A stretch of 64,000 bases of DNA from Escherichia coli (GCF_013315695.1 NZ_CP054353.1), one strand, 5' to 3'; counted from the first letter of the stretch, positions 45,246-55,903 are shown. Translations and numbers: made by a program. The notes: generated by a model from the letters alone, not told the origin.

Positions 45246-45429
45246 TGTGGCCGCTCCTTCATTAATTGGTATACGCGTTTAGGTAAACATCCTACCGTAT
45301 ACCTAAACGTATACCAATAATCACTGGATTTAGCTGGATATCCTCGGACAACGGTAGACACAAAAAAGCCCGCAGAGCTTGTGCCATGCGGGCTTTCAGG
45401 ATTTCTCCGGACGTATCCGGAAGAGCAAG

Positions 45430-45474
45430 TGGTGGAGCTGGCGGGAGTTGAACCCGCGTCCGAAATTCCTACAT
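45430..45474 (-). other. ssrA: 45-nt copy of the ssrA (tmRNA) 3' end: att core at junction of the two prophages
   Basis: reverse complement reads ATGTAGGAATTTCGGACGCGGGTTCAACTCCCGCCAGCTCCACCA (tmRNA T-arm and acceptor with CCA); upstream tmRNA body absent. Confidence 0.7.
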
Positions 45475-45589
45475 ACCATTTTCACTATAACAAAAACATT
45501 AACTTGCGTTTAAAATCATCAAGTTAGTATTATCTTATGTTTGTCCGTTTTACTCATTTTTAATGCTCTGTCGCCAATCTGTCGCCACA

Positions 45590-46240
45590 TTATCCGCTGC
45601 TTGAGTTGAAATCTGTGGGTTTACGGAGATTAGATCTTATGGTTTTTTCAGCGATACGAATAGTCGAAAATTTATGCAGGTTCATCAGTGCTATACAAAT
45701 CCCAAGTGCAAAAAAGTAGCTGGACATTCCTAATCTTTGCATATCAGTAAGTTTATTAATTTTCTCTAAAATATGTTGGGTTACTAATCCTTCGTATACA
45801 AAAGGTATGGAAGTTATAAAACCGCCAATAAAATAGAATGTTAAGCTTATCAGCTTTATAGATTTTCTATATATCCAAAAGCGATATCTTTTTTTTGTCC
45901 ATTTAAATATTTGTTTTTCACTACTAATAGAAATTAGTTTTTGACACTTGCTATAGTTATCAATGTCATTAACTGGATCGTTAACACCTAAAAGAATCTC
46001 TCTCTGTTCTGGAGTTAGGTTCTTATCTTTTGTTATTGCAGCAATACCATAATTATATGCAACTTTCTTGATTTTGGGATCTTCAGTATTCTTATATAGA
46101 TTGTATGCAAACTCGCTAATGTTTTTGCGCGAGTTGAAAATCTTATCTTTGGGGAAAACCCAGCCGGATCTTACCGCGAGCATCTGTATGATCGGGGTAA
46201 TTATCGCGACAGAATACTTAATTATCTCGTTTATGTTCAT
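45590..46240 (-). CDS. hypothetical membrane protein, prophage cargo between att and int
   Basis: 216-aa AT-rich ORF with hydrophobic segments; starts 15 nt after int stop on same strand. Confidence 0.5.
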   Translation of the reverse strand: MNINEIIKYSVAIITPIIQMLAVRSGWVFPKDKIFNSRKNISEFAYNLYKNTEDPKIKKVAYNYGIAAITKDKNLTPEQREILLGVNDPVNDIDNYSKCQKLISISSEKQIFKWTKKRYRFWIYRKSIKLISLTFYFIGGFITSIPFVYEGLVTQHILEKINKLTDMQRLGMSSYFFALGICIALMNLHKFSTIRIAEKTIRSNLRKPTDFNSSSG

Positions 46241-46254
46241 GATCCATTGTTTAC

Positions 46255-47271
46255 TTAAATTAAGTTATAAAGAGGGTTTTTTGTTACTGCATCCTCCAGG
46301 TGGTCTGGAGAGAAGTGTGCATAAATCATCGTCATTTTAATATCTGAGTGCCCTAAAATATCACGTAAAACGAGTATGTTCCCACCGTTCATCATAAAAT
46401 GGCTGGCAAATGTATGGCGCAGGACGTGGGTGCATTGGCCTTCCGGTAGTTCAATACCGGCCCGTTTTACCGCCCGTTCAAAGGCTTTTCTGCATGGTGT
46501 GAATAATTTCCCTCGGTTTTTGGGTAGCTCGTTGTACAGATCCTGAGATATCGGTACGGTACGGTTTTTTTTACCCTTGGTCTTTGTATAGGTAATCCGG
46601 TATTTCGATAGTTGATGGCCCTGCAGGTTTTCAGCTTCACTCCAACGAGCACCGGTTGCTAGGCATATTTTTGCAATCATTAGCAGACTGGGGCTTTGAG
46701 AATCAGCACAGGCATCCAGCAGACGTTTAATTTCCTCCGGGGTTAGGAACGCCAGTTCACCCTCCGTAATTTTAAATGTTGGAAGCCCGGCAAGCGGGTT
46801 GGGGGCTGACCAGTGGCCCAGCTTTTTCAGTGTACCAAAAACAGATGATAGGTTGCGCTGTTCAAGGTTTACCGTGCGGGGCTTAACGGGTGACATGAAC
46901 GAGCCGTCTTCATTTTGGACCTCCCCCTTTAATCTGGCTTCCCGATATTTTGTGAAATCACCTGCTGTCAGCTCAGAGGCGATGGGATCGCCTAGACCAT
47001 TACAGATAATTCTAAGTTTCGCCATCAGGCGTTTGGGGTCTGCGAGTGTTTGACCATATAGGGAATACCACTGCTCAATCACTTCTGATAATCGCCGCCG
47101 ATCTTCCTTCTCACCAAGCCATGGCTTTTTGTTTACTTCGTTCATGGTGAAGTTTTCGAATGCTATGGCTTCGCCTTTCGTGGCAAATTGCTTACGCACG
47201 CGCTTGCCATTGCGTCCATTGGGATAGCACTCACACAACCATTTTCCGTTCGGCTGTTTTCTGATGGTCAT
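46255..47271 (-). CDS. P2/186-type tyrosine integrase
   Basis: 338-aa ORF; C-terminal HVLRHTFASHFMMNGGNILVLRDILGHSDIKMTMIYAHF catalytic block. Confidence 0.85.
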   Translation of the reverse strand: MTIRKQPNGKWLCECYPNGRNGKRVRKQFATKGEAIAFENFTMNEVNKKPWLGEKEDRRRLSEVIEQWYSLYGQTLADPKRLMAKLRIICNGLGDPIASELTAGDFTKYREARLKGEVQNEDGSFMSPVKPRTVNLEQRNLSSVFGTLKKLGHWSAPNPLAGLPTFKITEGELAFLTPEEIKRLLDACADSQSPSLLMIAKICLATGARWSEAENLQGHQLSKYRITYTKTKGKKNRTVPISQDLYNELPKNRGKLFTPCRKAFERAVKRAGIELPEGQCTHVLRHTFASHFMMNGGNILVLRDILGHSDIKMTMIYAHFSPDHLEDAVTKNPLYNLI

Positions 47272-47272
47272 A

Positions 47273-47905
47273 TCAAAGGCTCTTAATGATTTTCAGTGCA
47301 CGGCCTACTACCTCAATGTCATCCAGGCCACACTCAAACGATGAATCATCCTGATGCACTACTAATCTGTTTCCCGGGAGTCGAGTCAATTTAACAATGC
47401 TTTTTATCCCGTCGATATCGACTAACCACATACCATTCACTGGTGGTGTTTGGTTGCGATCTATTAAATAAGAATCACCAGAAGTAGTCACCAGCAGTAG
47501 GTTGCTTGAGTCTGAGGGGAGTATGCTGCTATCAATGATTGCTTTTCCAGCATCGACCAATAAACCACCGTTGAGAGTCGCCTTGTCAATTTCAGGAGAT
47601 ACTAGTTCAGAAAGAGGTACAACCTTGCTGGAGTTCACGGAATTGATATTTTTTTTAGGTTCAATGTTTGGACCTGGCTCCCCCTGTCCGGTGGTTAGCC
47701 ACAGTAAAGAAACTCCTGTTTCCAAGGCGCACTGAATCACCCACTCTGCAGGAAAACTATCTCTTAAGTATCTGTTTGCCATGGTGCTTTTTGATGCGCC
47801 TAAGTGATCGCAAAGTTGCTGTCTGGACTTGAAATCATAGGCTGCCATTAGTCTATGGATAGCTTCTCTTCCCCCTGTATTCTCTCCAGCCTTTACCTGT
47901 ATCAT
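47273..47905 (-). CDS. CI-type lysogeny repressor (N-terminal HTH, C-terminal oligomerisation/S24-like domain)
   Basis: 210-aa ORF divergent from apl/cII; HTH LGASKSTMANRYL. Confidence 0.7.
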   Translation of the reverse strand: MIQVKAGENTGGREAIHRLMAAYDFKSRQQLCDHLGASKSTMANRYLRDSFPAEWVIQCALETGVSLLWLTTGQGEPGPNIEPKKNINSVNSSKVVPLSELVSPEIDKATLNGGLLVDAGKAIIDSSILPSDSSNLLLVTTSGDSYLIDRNQTPPVNGMWLVDIDGIKSIVKLTRLPGNRLVVHQDDSSFECGLDDIEVVGRALKIIKSL

Positions 47906-47922
47906 TTTTTAATCCTGTTGAC

Positions 47923-47970
47923 GTATCAAATATTGGATCGTAGTATCTCGATGTATCAAATATTGAATCA
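47923..47970. promoter_or_regulatory. lysis-lysogeny switch region with two 18-bp direct operator-like repeats GTATCAAATATTG(G/A)ATC
   Basis: repeats at 47923-47940 and 47953-47970 between divergent cI and apl; TTGACG -35-like hexamer adjacent. Confidence 0.4.
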
Positions 47971-48024
47971 ATTAAAACGAGATAAAACGACGTAAACCAA
48001 ACCTTAATCGGGAGATACTGCACT

Positions 48025-48267
48025 ATGAGCACTGATATTTCAATTCGTGTACCAAAAGAGATGGCTACGCCTGCAGAGTTCGCGGAATGGGAAGGTATCT
48101 CCCGCGGCTCCGTGTATCAAAAAATTCACCATGGTCAGCTTGCTAAATACATGGTCAAGAAAGAAAAAAATAAAGGCCGCGTAAACCTTCGTTATCTGAT
48201 GTACAAAACTGATCAGGTCCGTGAATCCCTCGGTCATTCCAACTTCCGCGTCATTGTTGGTAAGTAA
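48025..48267 (+). CDS. Apl/Cox-like excisionase-regulator
   Basis: 80-aa ORF first in rightward early operon, divergent from cI. Confidence 0.5.
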   Translation: MSTDISIRVPKEMATPAEFAEWEGISRGSVYQKIHHGQLAKYMVKKEKNKGRVNLRYLMYKTDQVRESLGHSNFRVIVGK

Positions 48268-48299
48268 GTTCAATTATGGGAACTTTCTAAGGGGGCACC

Positions 48300-48809
48300 A
48301 TGTTTGATTACAAGATTTCCAAACATCCGCATTTCGATGAAGCCTGTAGGGCTTTTGCACTGCGTCACAACCTGGTGCAACTGGCAGAACGTGCAGGCAT
48401 GAATGTACAGATTCTGCGGAACAAGCTGAACCCAGCTCAGCCTCATTTATTAACCGCACCAGAAATCTGGCTGCTTACCGATCTGACTGAAGATTCAACG
48501 CTGGTAGATGGTTTTCTGGCACAGATTCATTGTCTGCCATGTGTACCGATTAATGAGGTGGCAAAAGAGAAACTGCCACATTACGTCATGAGTGCAACCG
48601 CAGAGATCGGGCGTGTTGCTGCAGGTGCGGTATCTGGCGATGTAAAAACCTGTGCCGGTCGTCGTGATGCTATCAGCAGCATTAACTCTGTAACACGACT
48701 GATGGCGCTGGCGGCTGTTTCATTGCAGGCCCGTTTACAGGCTAATCCTGCGATGGCGAGTGCAGTTGATACCGTGACTGGCCTCGGTGCTTCATTCGGT
48801 TTGCTGTGA
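48300..48809 (+). CDS. phage CII-like regulatory protein (186 CII family)
   Basis: 169-aa ORF at cII position. Confidence 0.6.
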   Translation: MFDYKISKHPHFDEACRAFALRHNLVQLAERAGMNVQILRNKLNPAQPHLLTAPEIWLLTDLTEDSTLVDGFLAQIHCLPCVPINEVAKEKLPHYVMSATAEIGRVAAGAVSGDVKTCAGRRDAISSINSVTRLMALAAVSLQARLQANPAMASAVDTVTGLGASFGLL

Positions 48810-48983
48810 GGTGCTTATGCTGACGAAAGAACCATCATTTGCATCGCTGCTGGTAAAACAAAGCCCGGCAATGCACTACGGTCACGGCTGGATCATGGGT
48901 GAGGATGGTAAACGCTGGCATCCGTGCCGTTCACAAGATGAATTGCTGTCTGAATTGACCACGGGGAAACGGAGAAAGTCAAA

Positions 48984-49208
48984 ATGTATGCAGCGGAAAG
49001 TGAAGTGGTTTATCAGTTTCGTTACAGAGGGGAGAGTTATTCAGTACCTGAAGATGATTTGCTCTGTTGTTATCCGTCGTTGTCGGGCGATGGCAGTTAC
49101 TTTTTCACGCTAAAGGATGGGACGTTTTTACGAGGAGAGCAGGTTAAAGAAACGATACGAAAAAATGTATCTCCTCTCGAACGTTACCGTAAGAACAAAG
49201 AACAATAG
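48984..49208 (+). CDS. hypothetical early protein
   Basis: 74-aa ORF in early operon; overlaps a less protein-like 108-aa ORF. Confidence 0.3.
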   Translation: MYAAESEVVYQFRYRGESYSVPEDDLLCCYPSLSGDGSYFFTLKDGTFLRGEQVKETIRKNVSPLERYRKNKEQ

Positions 49209-49230
49209 TTGCGTTTTGGGGATATGAATT

Positions 49231-49572
49231 ATGGCAATTAATGGCGCTGCAGCGACTGTTCCATTAAGCCCCGGTGAACGCCTGAATGGACTTAATCATA
49301 TTGCGGAGTTAAGGGCGAAAGTATTTGGCCTTAATATTGAGTCAGAGCTTGAGCGGTTTATTAAAGATATGCGTGATCCACGGGATATCAATAATGAACA
49401 AAATAAACGGGCACTGGCTGCCATATTCTTTATGGCAAAAATTCCAGCTGAACGTCATAGCATCAGCATTAATGAGCTGACCACTGACGAAAAGCGGGAG
49501 TTGATTAAAGCAATGAATCATTTTCGTGCAGTGGTGAGCTTATTTCCCAGACGGCTAACCATGCCGAATTAA
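49231..49572 (+). CDS. hypothetical early protein
   Basis: 113-aa ORF. Confidence 0.4.
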   Translation: MAINGAAATVPLSPGERLNGLNHIAELRAKVFGLNIESELERFIKDMRDPRDINNEQNKRALAAIFFMAKIPAERHSISINELTTDEKRELIKAMNHFRAVVSLFPRRLTMPN

Positions 49573-49633
49573 CCAACTAATGAAATTAATGGCGTAAACC
49601 CGCCGGGCATCCCTTTATCTAAATTCAGGAGAA

Positions 49634-49873
49634 TTGATTATGCGTAATATTGAAACCCTCTCGACTAAAACCGGACCGGATGACGCAGGGCTTAATATTT
49701 TACTGACAGAGGCTCGTCTGGAAGAACGCCGGGCAAGGGCTGAAGCAATGGCAGCTCGCCTTGATAGCCTGGCGTGTCATATCACATCCCGCCAGCTAAA
49801 CCACGTCGAAGCGGCAGAACTGCTGCGTGTAACTGCTGAAGCAATCCAGAACGAAGCGCAGGAGATCCACTAA
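49634..49873 (+). CDS. hypothetical early protein
   Basis: 79-aa ORF; stop overlaps next start. Confidence 0.4.
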   Translation: MIMRNIETLSTKTGPDDAGLNILLTEARLEERRARAEAMAARLDSLACHITSRQLNHVEAAELLRVTAEAIQNEAQEIH

Positions 49874-50100
49874 TGGCTGATGCAATGGATCTCGTACAGC
49901 AGCGCGTTGAAGAAGAACGCCAGCGCCATATTCGTGCTGCCCGTGCCAAAACACCGGGCGTGTCTCGCGTGCTTTGTATTGAATGTGAAGCGCCAATTCC
50001 GCCAGCACGACGCCGCGCCATTCCGGGAGTGCAGCTTTGCATTACCTGCCAGGAAATCGTAGAGCTGAAAGGCAAACATTACAACGGAGGTGCTGTATGA
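49873..50100 (+). CDS. TraR/DksA-family C4 zinc-finger protein
   Basis: 75-aa ORF with CIECEAPIP...CITCQ zinc finger. Confidence 0.6.
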
Positions 50101-50399
50101 CAAGGGCAGTGCGTATCCATCAATTAAAAATTGCACCTAAGTATTTCAACGCTGTGGTTGCAGGTCAAAAGACGGCTGAACTTCGTAAAGACGATCGTGG
50201 CTATAAAGTTGGTGATGTTCTTTCTCTTTGCGAATGGAAGCATGGCGTATTTACGGGTAGGGAATGGGCCGCTGTTATCTCTCATGTGCTTCCGGTTAAT
50301 GACGTCATGGCAGTTTCAGAACAATGGGTGATGCTATCAATTCGCCCATTAACTCCATTAGAAGCTTTGGGATATGTTATTGCAGGAGGTGCTGTATGA
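50097..50399 (+). CDS. small ASCH/DUF3850-like protein
   Basis: 100-aa product from [17 protein letters not shown]. Confidence 0.4.
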
Positions 50400-51253
50400 G
50401 CACCATCCTGAAATGGGCAGGTAATAAAACTGCCATTATGTCCGAACTGAAAAAACATCTTCCTGCTGGCCCGCGACTGGTTGAACCTTTCGCGGGTTCC
50501 TGTGCTGTGATGATGGAGACGGATTACCCCAGCTATCTTGTTGCGGATATTAATCCTGATTTAATCAACCTCTATAAAAAGGTTGCTGCTGATTGTGAAT
50601 CGTTTATATCTCGCGCCAGAGTTTTATTTGAGATCGCAAACAGGGAGGTGGCTTATTACAACATAAGGCAGGAGTTTAATTACTCAACTGAAATTACTGA
50701 TTTCATGAAAGCGGTATATTTCCTGTATCTAAATCGTCACGGTTACCGTGGTTTATGTCGCTATAACAAGAGCGGGCATTTCAACATTCCCTACGGTAAT
50801 TATAAAAATCCGTATTTCCCTGAAAAAGAAATTCGCGCATTTGCAGAAAAAGCCCAGCGAGCAACGTTTATCTGCGCCAGCTTTGATGAAACGCTGGCGA
50901 TGTTGAAAGCGGGGGATGTGGTGTATTGCGATCCGCCGTATGACGGTACGTTTTCCGGCTATCACACTGACGGCTTCACTGAAGATGACCAGTATCACCT
51001 GGCATCTGTTCTTGAACATCGGTCATCAGAAGGACATCCGGTCATTGTTTCTAACAGTGACACATCCCTGATCCGTTCGCTGTATCGCAATTTTACTCAC
51101 CACTACATCAAGGCAAAACGCAGCATCGGTGTGGCAGCTGGCGAGGGTAAATCAGCAACAGAAATCATTGCTGTTTCCGGGCCGCGCTGCTGGGTGGGAT
51201 TTGATTATTCGCGTGGCGTGGATAGTTCTGCCGTGTACGGAGTACGTGCATGA
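50396..51253 (+). CDS. DNA adenine methyltransferase (Dam-like, phage-encoded)
   Basis: product from [11 protein letters not shown]; catalytic DPPY motif in [10 protein letters not shown]. Confidence 0.8.
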
Positions 51254-53664
51254 GTCATGCCGATATGAACAACTGCTGCGGCTTTAACGAAGCTGCCGCA
51301 TCGTTCTCATGGAACAGCCCGAAAAAGGCCATTAACCCTTATCTGGACCCGGCGGAAGTTGCGCCGGTTTCTACGCTTTCAAACCTGATCACTCTGTACG
51401 CTGCCGATAACGAGCAGGAACAGCTGCGCCGTGAGGCGCTGAGTGATCAGGTCTGGGAGCGTTATTTCTTTAATGAATCCCGTGATCCTGTCCAGCGCGA
51501 AATGGAGCAGGATAAGCTCATTAGTCGGGCAAAGCTGGCGCATGAGCAGCAGCGTTTTAACCCGGACATGGTCATTCTGGCAGACGTCAGCGCCCAGCCC
51601 TCCCATATCAGCAAGCCGCTGATGCAACGTATTGAATACTTCAGCAGCCTTGGCAGGCCAAAGGCTTATTCCCGCTATTTGCGTGAGACGATTAAGCCAT
51701 GTCTGGAACGGCTGGAGCATGTACGCGACAGTCAGCTATCCACATCTTTTCGCTTTATGGCAAGCCATGAAGGGCTGGACGGCCTGCTGATTCTGCCTGA
51801 AATGAGTCAGGATCAGGTGAAACGCCTGTCCACCCTTGTTGCTGCGCATATGAGCATGTGCCTTGATGCAGCTTGTGGCGATTTGTATGCCACCGATGAC
51901 GTTAAGCCAGAAGAAATCCGCAAGACATGGGAAAAGGTGGCAGCAGAAACCCTGCGACTGGATGTCATACCGCCTGCGTTTGAGCAACTCCGCCGGAAAA
52001 GAAACCGCCGTAAACCCGTGCCATATGAACTCATTCCGGGTTCGCTGGCGCGTATGTTGTGCGCCGATTGGTGGTACCGGAAATTATGGAAGATGCGTTG
52101 CGAATGGCGGGAAGAGCAGTTGCGTGCTGTTTGCCTGGTCAGCAAAAAAGCATCTCCCTATGTCAGCTATGAAGCCGTGATGCATAAACGTGAGCAGCGC
52201 CGTAAGTCGCTGGAGTTTTTCCGTTCTCATGAACTGGTGAACGAAGACGGCGACACGCTGGACATGGAGGATGTGGTAAACGCCAGCAGCAGCAACCCTG
52301 CGCATCGCCGCAATGAGATGATGGCCTGTGTTAAAGGTCTGGAGCTTATCGCGGAAATGCGCGGTGACTGCGCCGTTTTCTACACCATCACCTGTCCGTC
52401 ACGTTTCCATTCCACGCTAAATAACGGCAGGCCCAACCCGACCTGGACAAATACGACGGTAAGACAAAGCAGTGATTATCTGGTCGGCATGTTTGCTGCA
52501 TTTCGTAAGGCGATGCACAAAGCCGGATTGCGCTGGTATGGCGTGCGGGTGGCTGAGCCGCATCATGACGGTACAGTTCACTGGCACCTGTTGTGTTTTA
52601 TGCGCAAAAAAGATCGCCGCACCATTACTGCTTTGTTGCGTAAGTTTGCCATTCGTGAAGACCGCGAGGAGCTGGGTAATAACACGGGACCACGCTTTAA
52701 GTCTGAGCTGATAAACCCGCGCAAAGGTACGCCAACAAGCTACATCGCGAAATACATCAGTAAGAACATTGACGGGCGTGGTCTGGCTGGCGAGATCAGC
52801 AAGGAAACGGGTAAATCCCTGCGTGATAACGCTGAATACGTTAATGCCTGGGCGTCTCTGCATCGTGTTCAGCAATTCCGCTTCTTTGGCATTCCGGGGC
52901 GTCAGGCTTACCGTGAACTGCGATTGCTGGCTGGTCAGGCGGCAAGGCAACAGGGGGACAAAAAAGCAGGTGCGCCGGTACTGGATAACCCGCGCCTTGA
53001 TGCAATCCTGGCTGCTGCTGATGCTGGTTGTTTTGCCACCTACATCATGAAGCAGGGCGGCGTACTGGTTCCCCGCAAATATCACCTCATCAGAACTGCT
53101 TATGAAATCAACGAAGAACCGACCGCATATGGCGATCACGGTATTCGTATTTATGGCATCTGGTCACCCATTGCAGAGGGCAAGATCTGCACTCATGCGG
53201 TGAAGTGGAAAATGGTTCGTAAGGCCGTTGACGTTCAGGAGGCGGCAGCCGACCAGGGCGCTTGCGCCCCTTGGACTCGTGGCAATAACTGTCCCCTTGC
53301 TGAAAATTTGTACCAACAAGGGAAAGACAAATCAGCTGATGGAGATACCAGAACGGATATCACCCGCATGGATGACAAGGAGTTGCACGATTACCTGCAC
53401 AGTATGAGCAAAAAAGAGCGCCGGGAACTGGCAGCAAGGTTACGCCTGGTGAAACCGAAACGGCGTAAAGACTACAAACAGCGAATTACAGATCATCAGC
53501 GACAGCAGCTCGTGTATGAACTGAAGTCCAGGGGATTTGATGGCAGCGAGAAAGAGGTCGATTTACTGCTTCGCGGCGGCAGTATTCCGTCAGGAGCAGG
53601 CCTGCGTATCTTCTATCGGAACCAGCGTTTGCAGGAAGATGATAAGTGGCGAAACCTGTATTAA
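51250..53664 (+). CDS. replication initiation endonuclease (P2 gpA-like, rolling-circle)
   Basis: 804-aa ORF; HxH metal motif (VHWHLL) and tyrosine motif YIAKYISK. Confidence 0.8.
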   Translation: MSHADMNNCCGFNEAAASFSWNSPKKAINPYLDPAEVAPVSTLSNLITLYAADNEQEQLRREALSDQVWERYFFNESRDPVQREMEQDKLISRAKLAHEQQRFNPDMVILADVSAQPSHISKPLMQRIEYFSSLGRPKAYSRYLRETIKPCLERLEHVRDSQLSTSFRFMASHEGLDGLLILPEMSQDQVKRLSTLVAAHMSMCLDAACGDLYATDDVKPEEIRKTWEKVAAETLRLDVIPPAFEQLRRKRNRRKPVPYELIPGSLARMLCADWWYRKLWKMRCEWREEQLRAVCLVSKKASPYVSYEAVMHKREQRRKSLEFFRSHELVNEDGDTLDMEDVVNASSSNPAHRRNEMMACVKGLELIAEMRGDCAVFYTITCPSRFHSTLNNGRPNPTWTNTTVRQSSDYLVGMFAAFRKAMHKAGLRWYGVRVAEPHHDGTVHWHLLCFMRKKDRRTITALLRKFAIREDREELGNNTGPRFKSELINPRKGTPTSYIAKYISKNIDGRGLAGEISKETGKSLRDNAEYVNAWASLHRVQQFRFFGIPGRQAYRELRLLAGQAARQQGDKKAGAPVLDNPRLDAILAAADAGCFATYIMKQGGVLVPRKYHLIRTAYEINEEPTAYGDHGIRIYGIWSPIAEGKICTHAVKWKMVRKAVDVQEAAADQGACAPWTRGNNCPLAENLYQQGKDKSADGDTRTDITRMDDKELHDYLHSMSKKERRELAARLRLVKPKRRKDYKQRITDHQRQQLVYELKSRGFDGSEKEVDLLLRGGSIPSGAGLRIFYRNQRLQEDDKWRNLY

Positions 53665-53816
53665 TTACGCGGGTTAACAATTCGTGCTCTTAATAATACC
53701 AGGCATATCAGGCCGATGAACGTAAAAAAACGTTTTACATCAGTAAGATTATTATATACTGTAAATATAAACAGTAGTTATTTATACAGTATTTCTTTGG
53801 TGTTATAGGAGGAAAG

Positions 53817-54005
53817 ATGCAGGACTATTTTTTGGAGTCTTTGAAGCTCCAGCGCATTGATTTTTTTCTTAAGCTTGTAGCGGCTAGTGAGTGTAGTGAT
53901 GAAGAGAAGGGGCTGGCTTTGCAGTGGGTTTCTGAACTGACAGATGAACTTATGGCAAAAATCAGAACCCACGAATACAACCGCTCAATGGATGTCATCA
54001 GTTGA
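53817..54005 (+). CDS. hypothetical small protein
   Basis: 62-aa ORF upstream of DinI-like gene. Confidence 0.3.
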   Translation: MQDYFLESLKLQRIDFFLKLVAASECSDEEKGLALQWVSELTDELMAKIRTHEYNRSMDVIS

Positions 54006-54015
54006 GGTGACTTTT

Positions 54016-54249
54016 ATGCGCATTGAAATAATGATCGATAAAGAGCAGAAGATTAGCCAGTCTACCCTGGACGCCTTTGAATCCGAGCTTTACCGCAATC
54101 TGCGCCCCCTGTATCCCAAAACGGTAATTCGTATCCGTAAAGGTAGCTCTAACGGTGTGGAACTGACCGGACTGCAACTGGACGAAGAAAGGAAACAAGT
54201 AATGAAAATTATGCAGAAGGTGTGGGAAGACGACAGCTGGCTGCATTAA
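54016..54249 (+). CDS. DinI-family protein
   Basis: 77-aa product MRIEIMIDKEQ...VWEDDSWL resembles DinI (MRIEV...WESADDWF). Confidence 0.6.
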   Translation: MRIEIMIDKEQKISQSTLDAFESELYRNLRPLYPKTVIRIRKGSSNGVELTGLQLDEERKQVMKIMQKVWEDDSWLH

Positions 54250-54519
54250 GAAACGTTGCTGGCGTCTGAACTTGCTTCTGGCGTCAGCAAGGTTGAACAA
54301 CGAGCTATGCGAGGCGTTAGTGTCAATTTGTTACCTTAACCACTATATATGCCAGGAAATTAACAGTTCTTAAGAAACCGCTTGCATGATCGAGCGCATT
54401 GAACTTAAGTTTAAGTAACGAAATCAACAGATGATATTGTTGTCTAAATTTTAAAGATAATCTGTTGAGGTTGTAGGCGTCGGAGTGTAGACTTCCGCGC
54501 CATGTGAAAAGGGGGAGTT

Positions 54520-54735
54520 ATGTCAAGCATCGCCGCATTTAGCCTGGGTAACCCAGTTGAACGTCTGGCAAGGGTTCTTAAAGAGAACCAGGACAAACTC
54601 AATCTTAGTAAAGATGGTTTTGTGTCCGTAGACTTGTCTAACAAAAGAGCAATGGATGCCATCAAGGCACAGATGGATAAGCTTGAAGGCATCAAAACGA
54701 GCACTGTAAAAGAGAAAACTAATAGAACCAGATAA
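54520..54735 (+). CDS. hypothetical small protein, translationally coupled to next gene
   Basis: 71-aa ORF; TAATG stop/start overlap with 280-aa gene. Confidence 0.4.
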   Translation: MSSIAAFSLGNPVERLARVLKENQDKLNLSKDGFVSVDLSNKRAMDAIKAQMDKLEGIKTSTVKEKTNRTR

Positions 54736-55577
54736 TGGCAACATTACTTTTAGCAGTGATTTTGGTTAGTGGTTTTATTTATGTAAACCTATCACTTTCA
54801 ACAAGATACCGATATAAGCGTTCCAACGGCTGGGACGCTTATTTTTTTGTGGCTGCCTGGGGTATCGTTTTTTTTCTCCTTGGCGGTTTTTTCACCTTTA
54901 TTTTGAACGTCAGCGGAGGGTTTCGTTGGCTGGCTAATGCCTTGAATCTAACACCTGACAGTTTTAACGGCATGTTGTCTTCATCGAAAGACAAACTTCA
55001 AAGAATAAATGAAATCAAACAGATAGCATGGGTTATGATTTCAATTGTCCTCGCTGCGATTTCAGGTTTTGGAAATAAGTTACGCACATCACGTGGAGAT
55101 CGTCGCTGGGATGCCTTAGCTAAAGCTGTGGGTAATAACGCTTTCGAATCATTACTCATGGAAGCGTCCGCAAGACAGTTTCCGATCATAGCAACTCTGT
55201 CGTCTCGCAAAATCTATGTTGGTCTTGTTACTTGTCCGGCGTTAGAAAACGGGCTTTCAGAACACCTTGAACTTCTCCCGATGTTAAGCGGATATAGGGA
55301 TAAAGATGATCTAACGATTAGTATCACGACTAACTATCACCAACATTATCTTGATAGTGGTGTGATAAGTGGAATGTCTCGGCTTAATATCGAAGATTTC
55401 CGTGTGCTCATACCAAAAGATGAGGTTGAAACAATTTCGTTTTTTGATACTGAGACATATAACAAATTTAAAGAAAATGAAGCCAGGGATAGAAAGAACT
55501 GTCGAAAGATTGGTAGTAAAAGTGCATCTTCGCGCAGCAAGCGTGCAGCAGATGCTGAGTCAAATGATCGTGCATGA
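54735..55577 (+). CDS. hypothetical membrane protein (about 3 N-terminal TM helices plus soluble C-terminal domain), prophage cargo
   Basis: 280-aa AT-rich ORF at tin/old position after gpA. Confidence 0.5.
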   Translation: MATLLLAVILVSGFIYVNLSLSTRYRYKRSNGWDAYFFVAAWGIVFFLLGGFFTFILNVSGGFRWLANALNLTPDSFNGMLSSSKDKLQRINEIKQIAWVMISIVLAAISGFGNKLRTSRGDRRWDALAKAVGNNAFESLLMEASARQFPIIATLSSRKIYVGLVTCPALENGLSEHLELLPMLSGYRDKDDLTISITTNYHQHYLDSGVISGMSRLNIEDFRVLIPKDEVETISFFDTETYNKFKENEARDRKNCRKIGSKSASSRSKRAADAESNDRA

Positions 55578-55625
55578 CTATGCTGCATGAGATCGCATGA
55601 TCGTTTGAGGATCGTTTTTGCTAAG

Positions 55626-55649
55626 GCCCGCCAGAACTGGCGGGCTTTT
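55626..55649 (+). terminator. rho-independent terminator after 280-aa gene
   Basis: gcccgcca-gaac-tggcgggc hairpin followed by TTTT. Confidence 0.55.
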
Positions 55650-55694
55650 GCGTAGATCATGCACCTGCATGAAAACTACTACATAAAGCGGGCA

Positions 55695-55713
55695 GGCGTG
55701 GCGGGGATACGAG
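55695..55713. other. cos-like site of the P2-like prophage (GGCGTGGCGGGGATACGAG)
   Basis: 14/19 identity with satellite cos 19-mer; upstream of portal gene region. Confidence 0.35.
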
Positions 55714-55903
55714 CGCGCGTTGGGATGATAATGTCCTTTCGAATGTAAGGCAGAGTATGTTATTTTTACTCTTGGTTGCTTTGTATAGTTCGATAAAATT
55801 ATTATATATTTAGTATGTGATATATTGATGTCGATGGTGACTGGTTGTGGATGAAGCTAAAAACAAAAAGGCATGATGCGATTTATTGAAGGAATGATGA
55901 TTA

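Larger units (their letters stand above)
34523..45474. mobile_element. P4-like satellite prophage, about 10.9 kb, complete gene set
   Basis: alpha primase (777 aa), vis, sid-delta-psu, cos 19-mer, P4-type integrase next to ssrA 3' fragment, TGTTCACC iteron clusters flanking alpha. Confidence 0.85.

Noticed and set aside
48787-49113. 108-aa ORF in the P2-like early operon
   Set aside because: C-terminal half is junk-like and overlaps the more protein-like 74-aa ORF at 48984-49208; possibly a short real gene whose true end I cannot define
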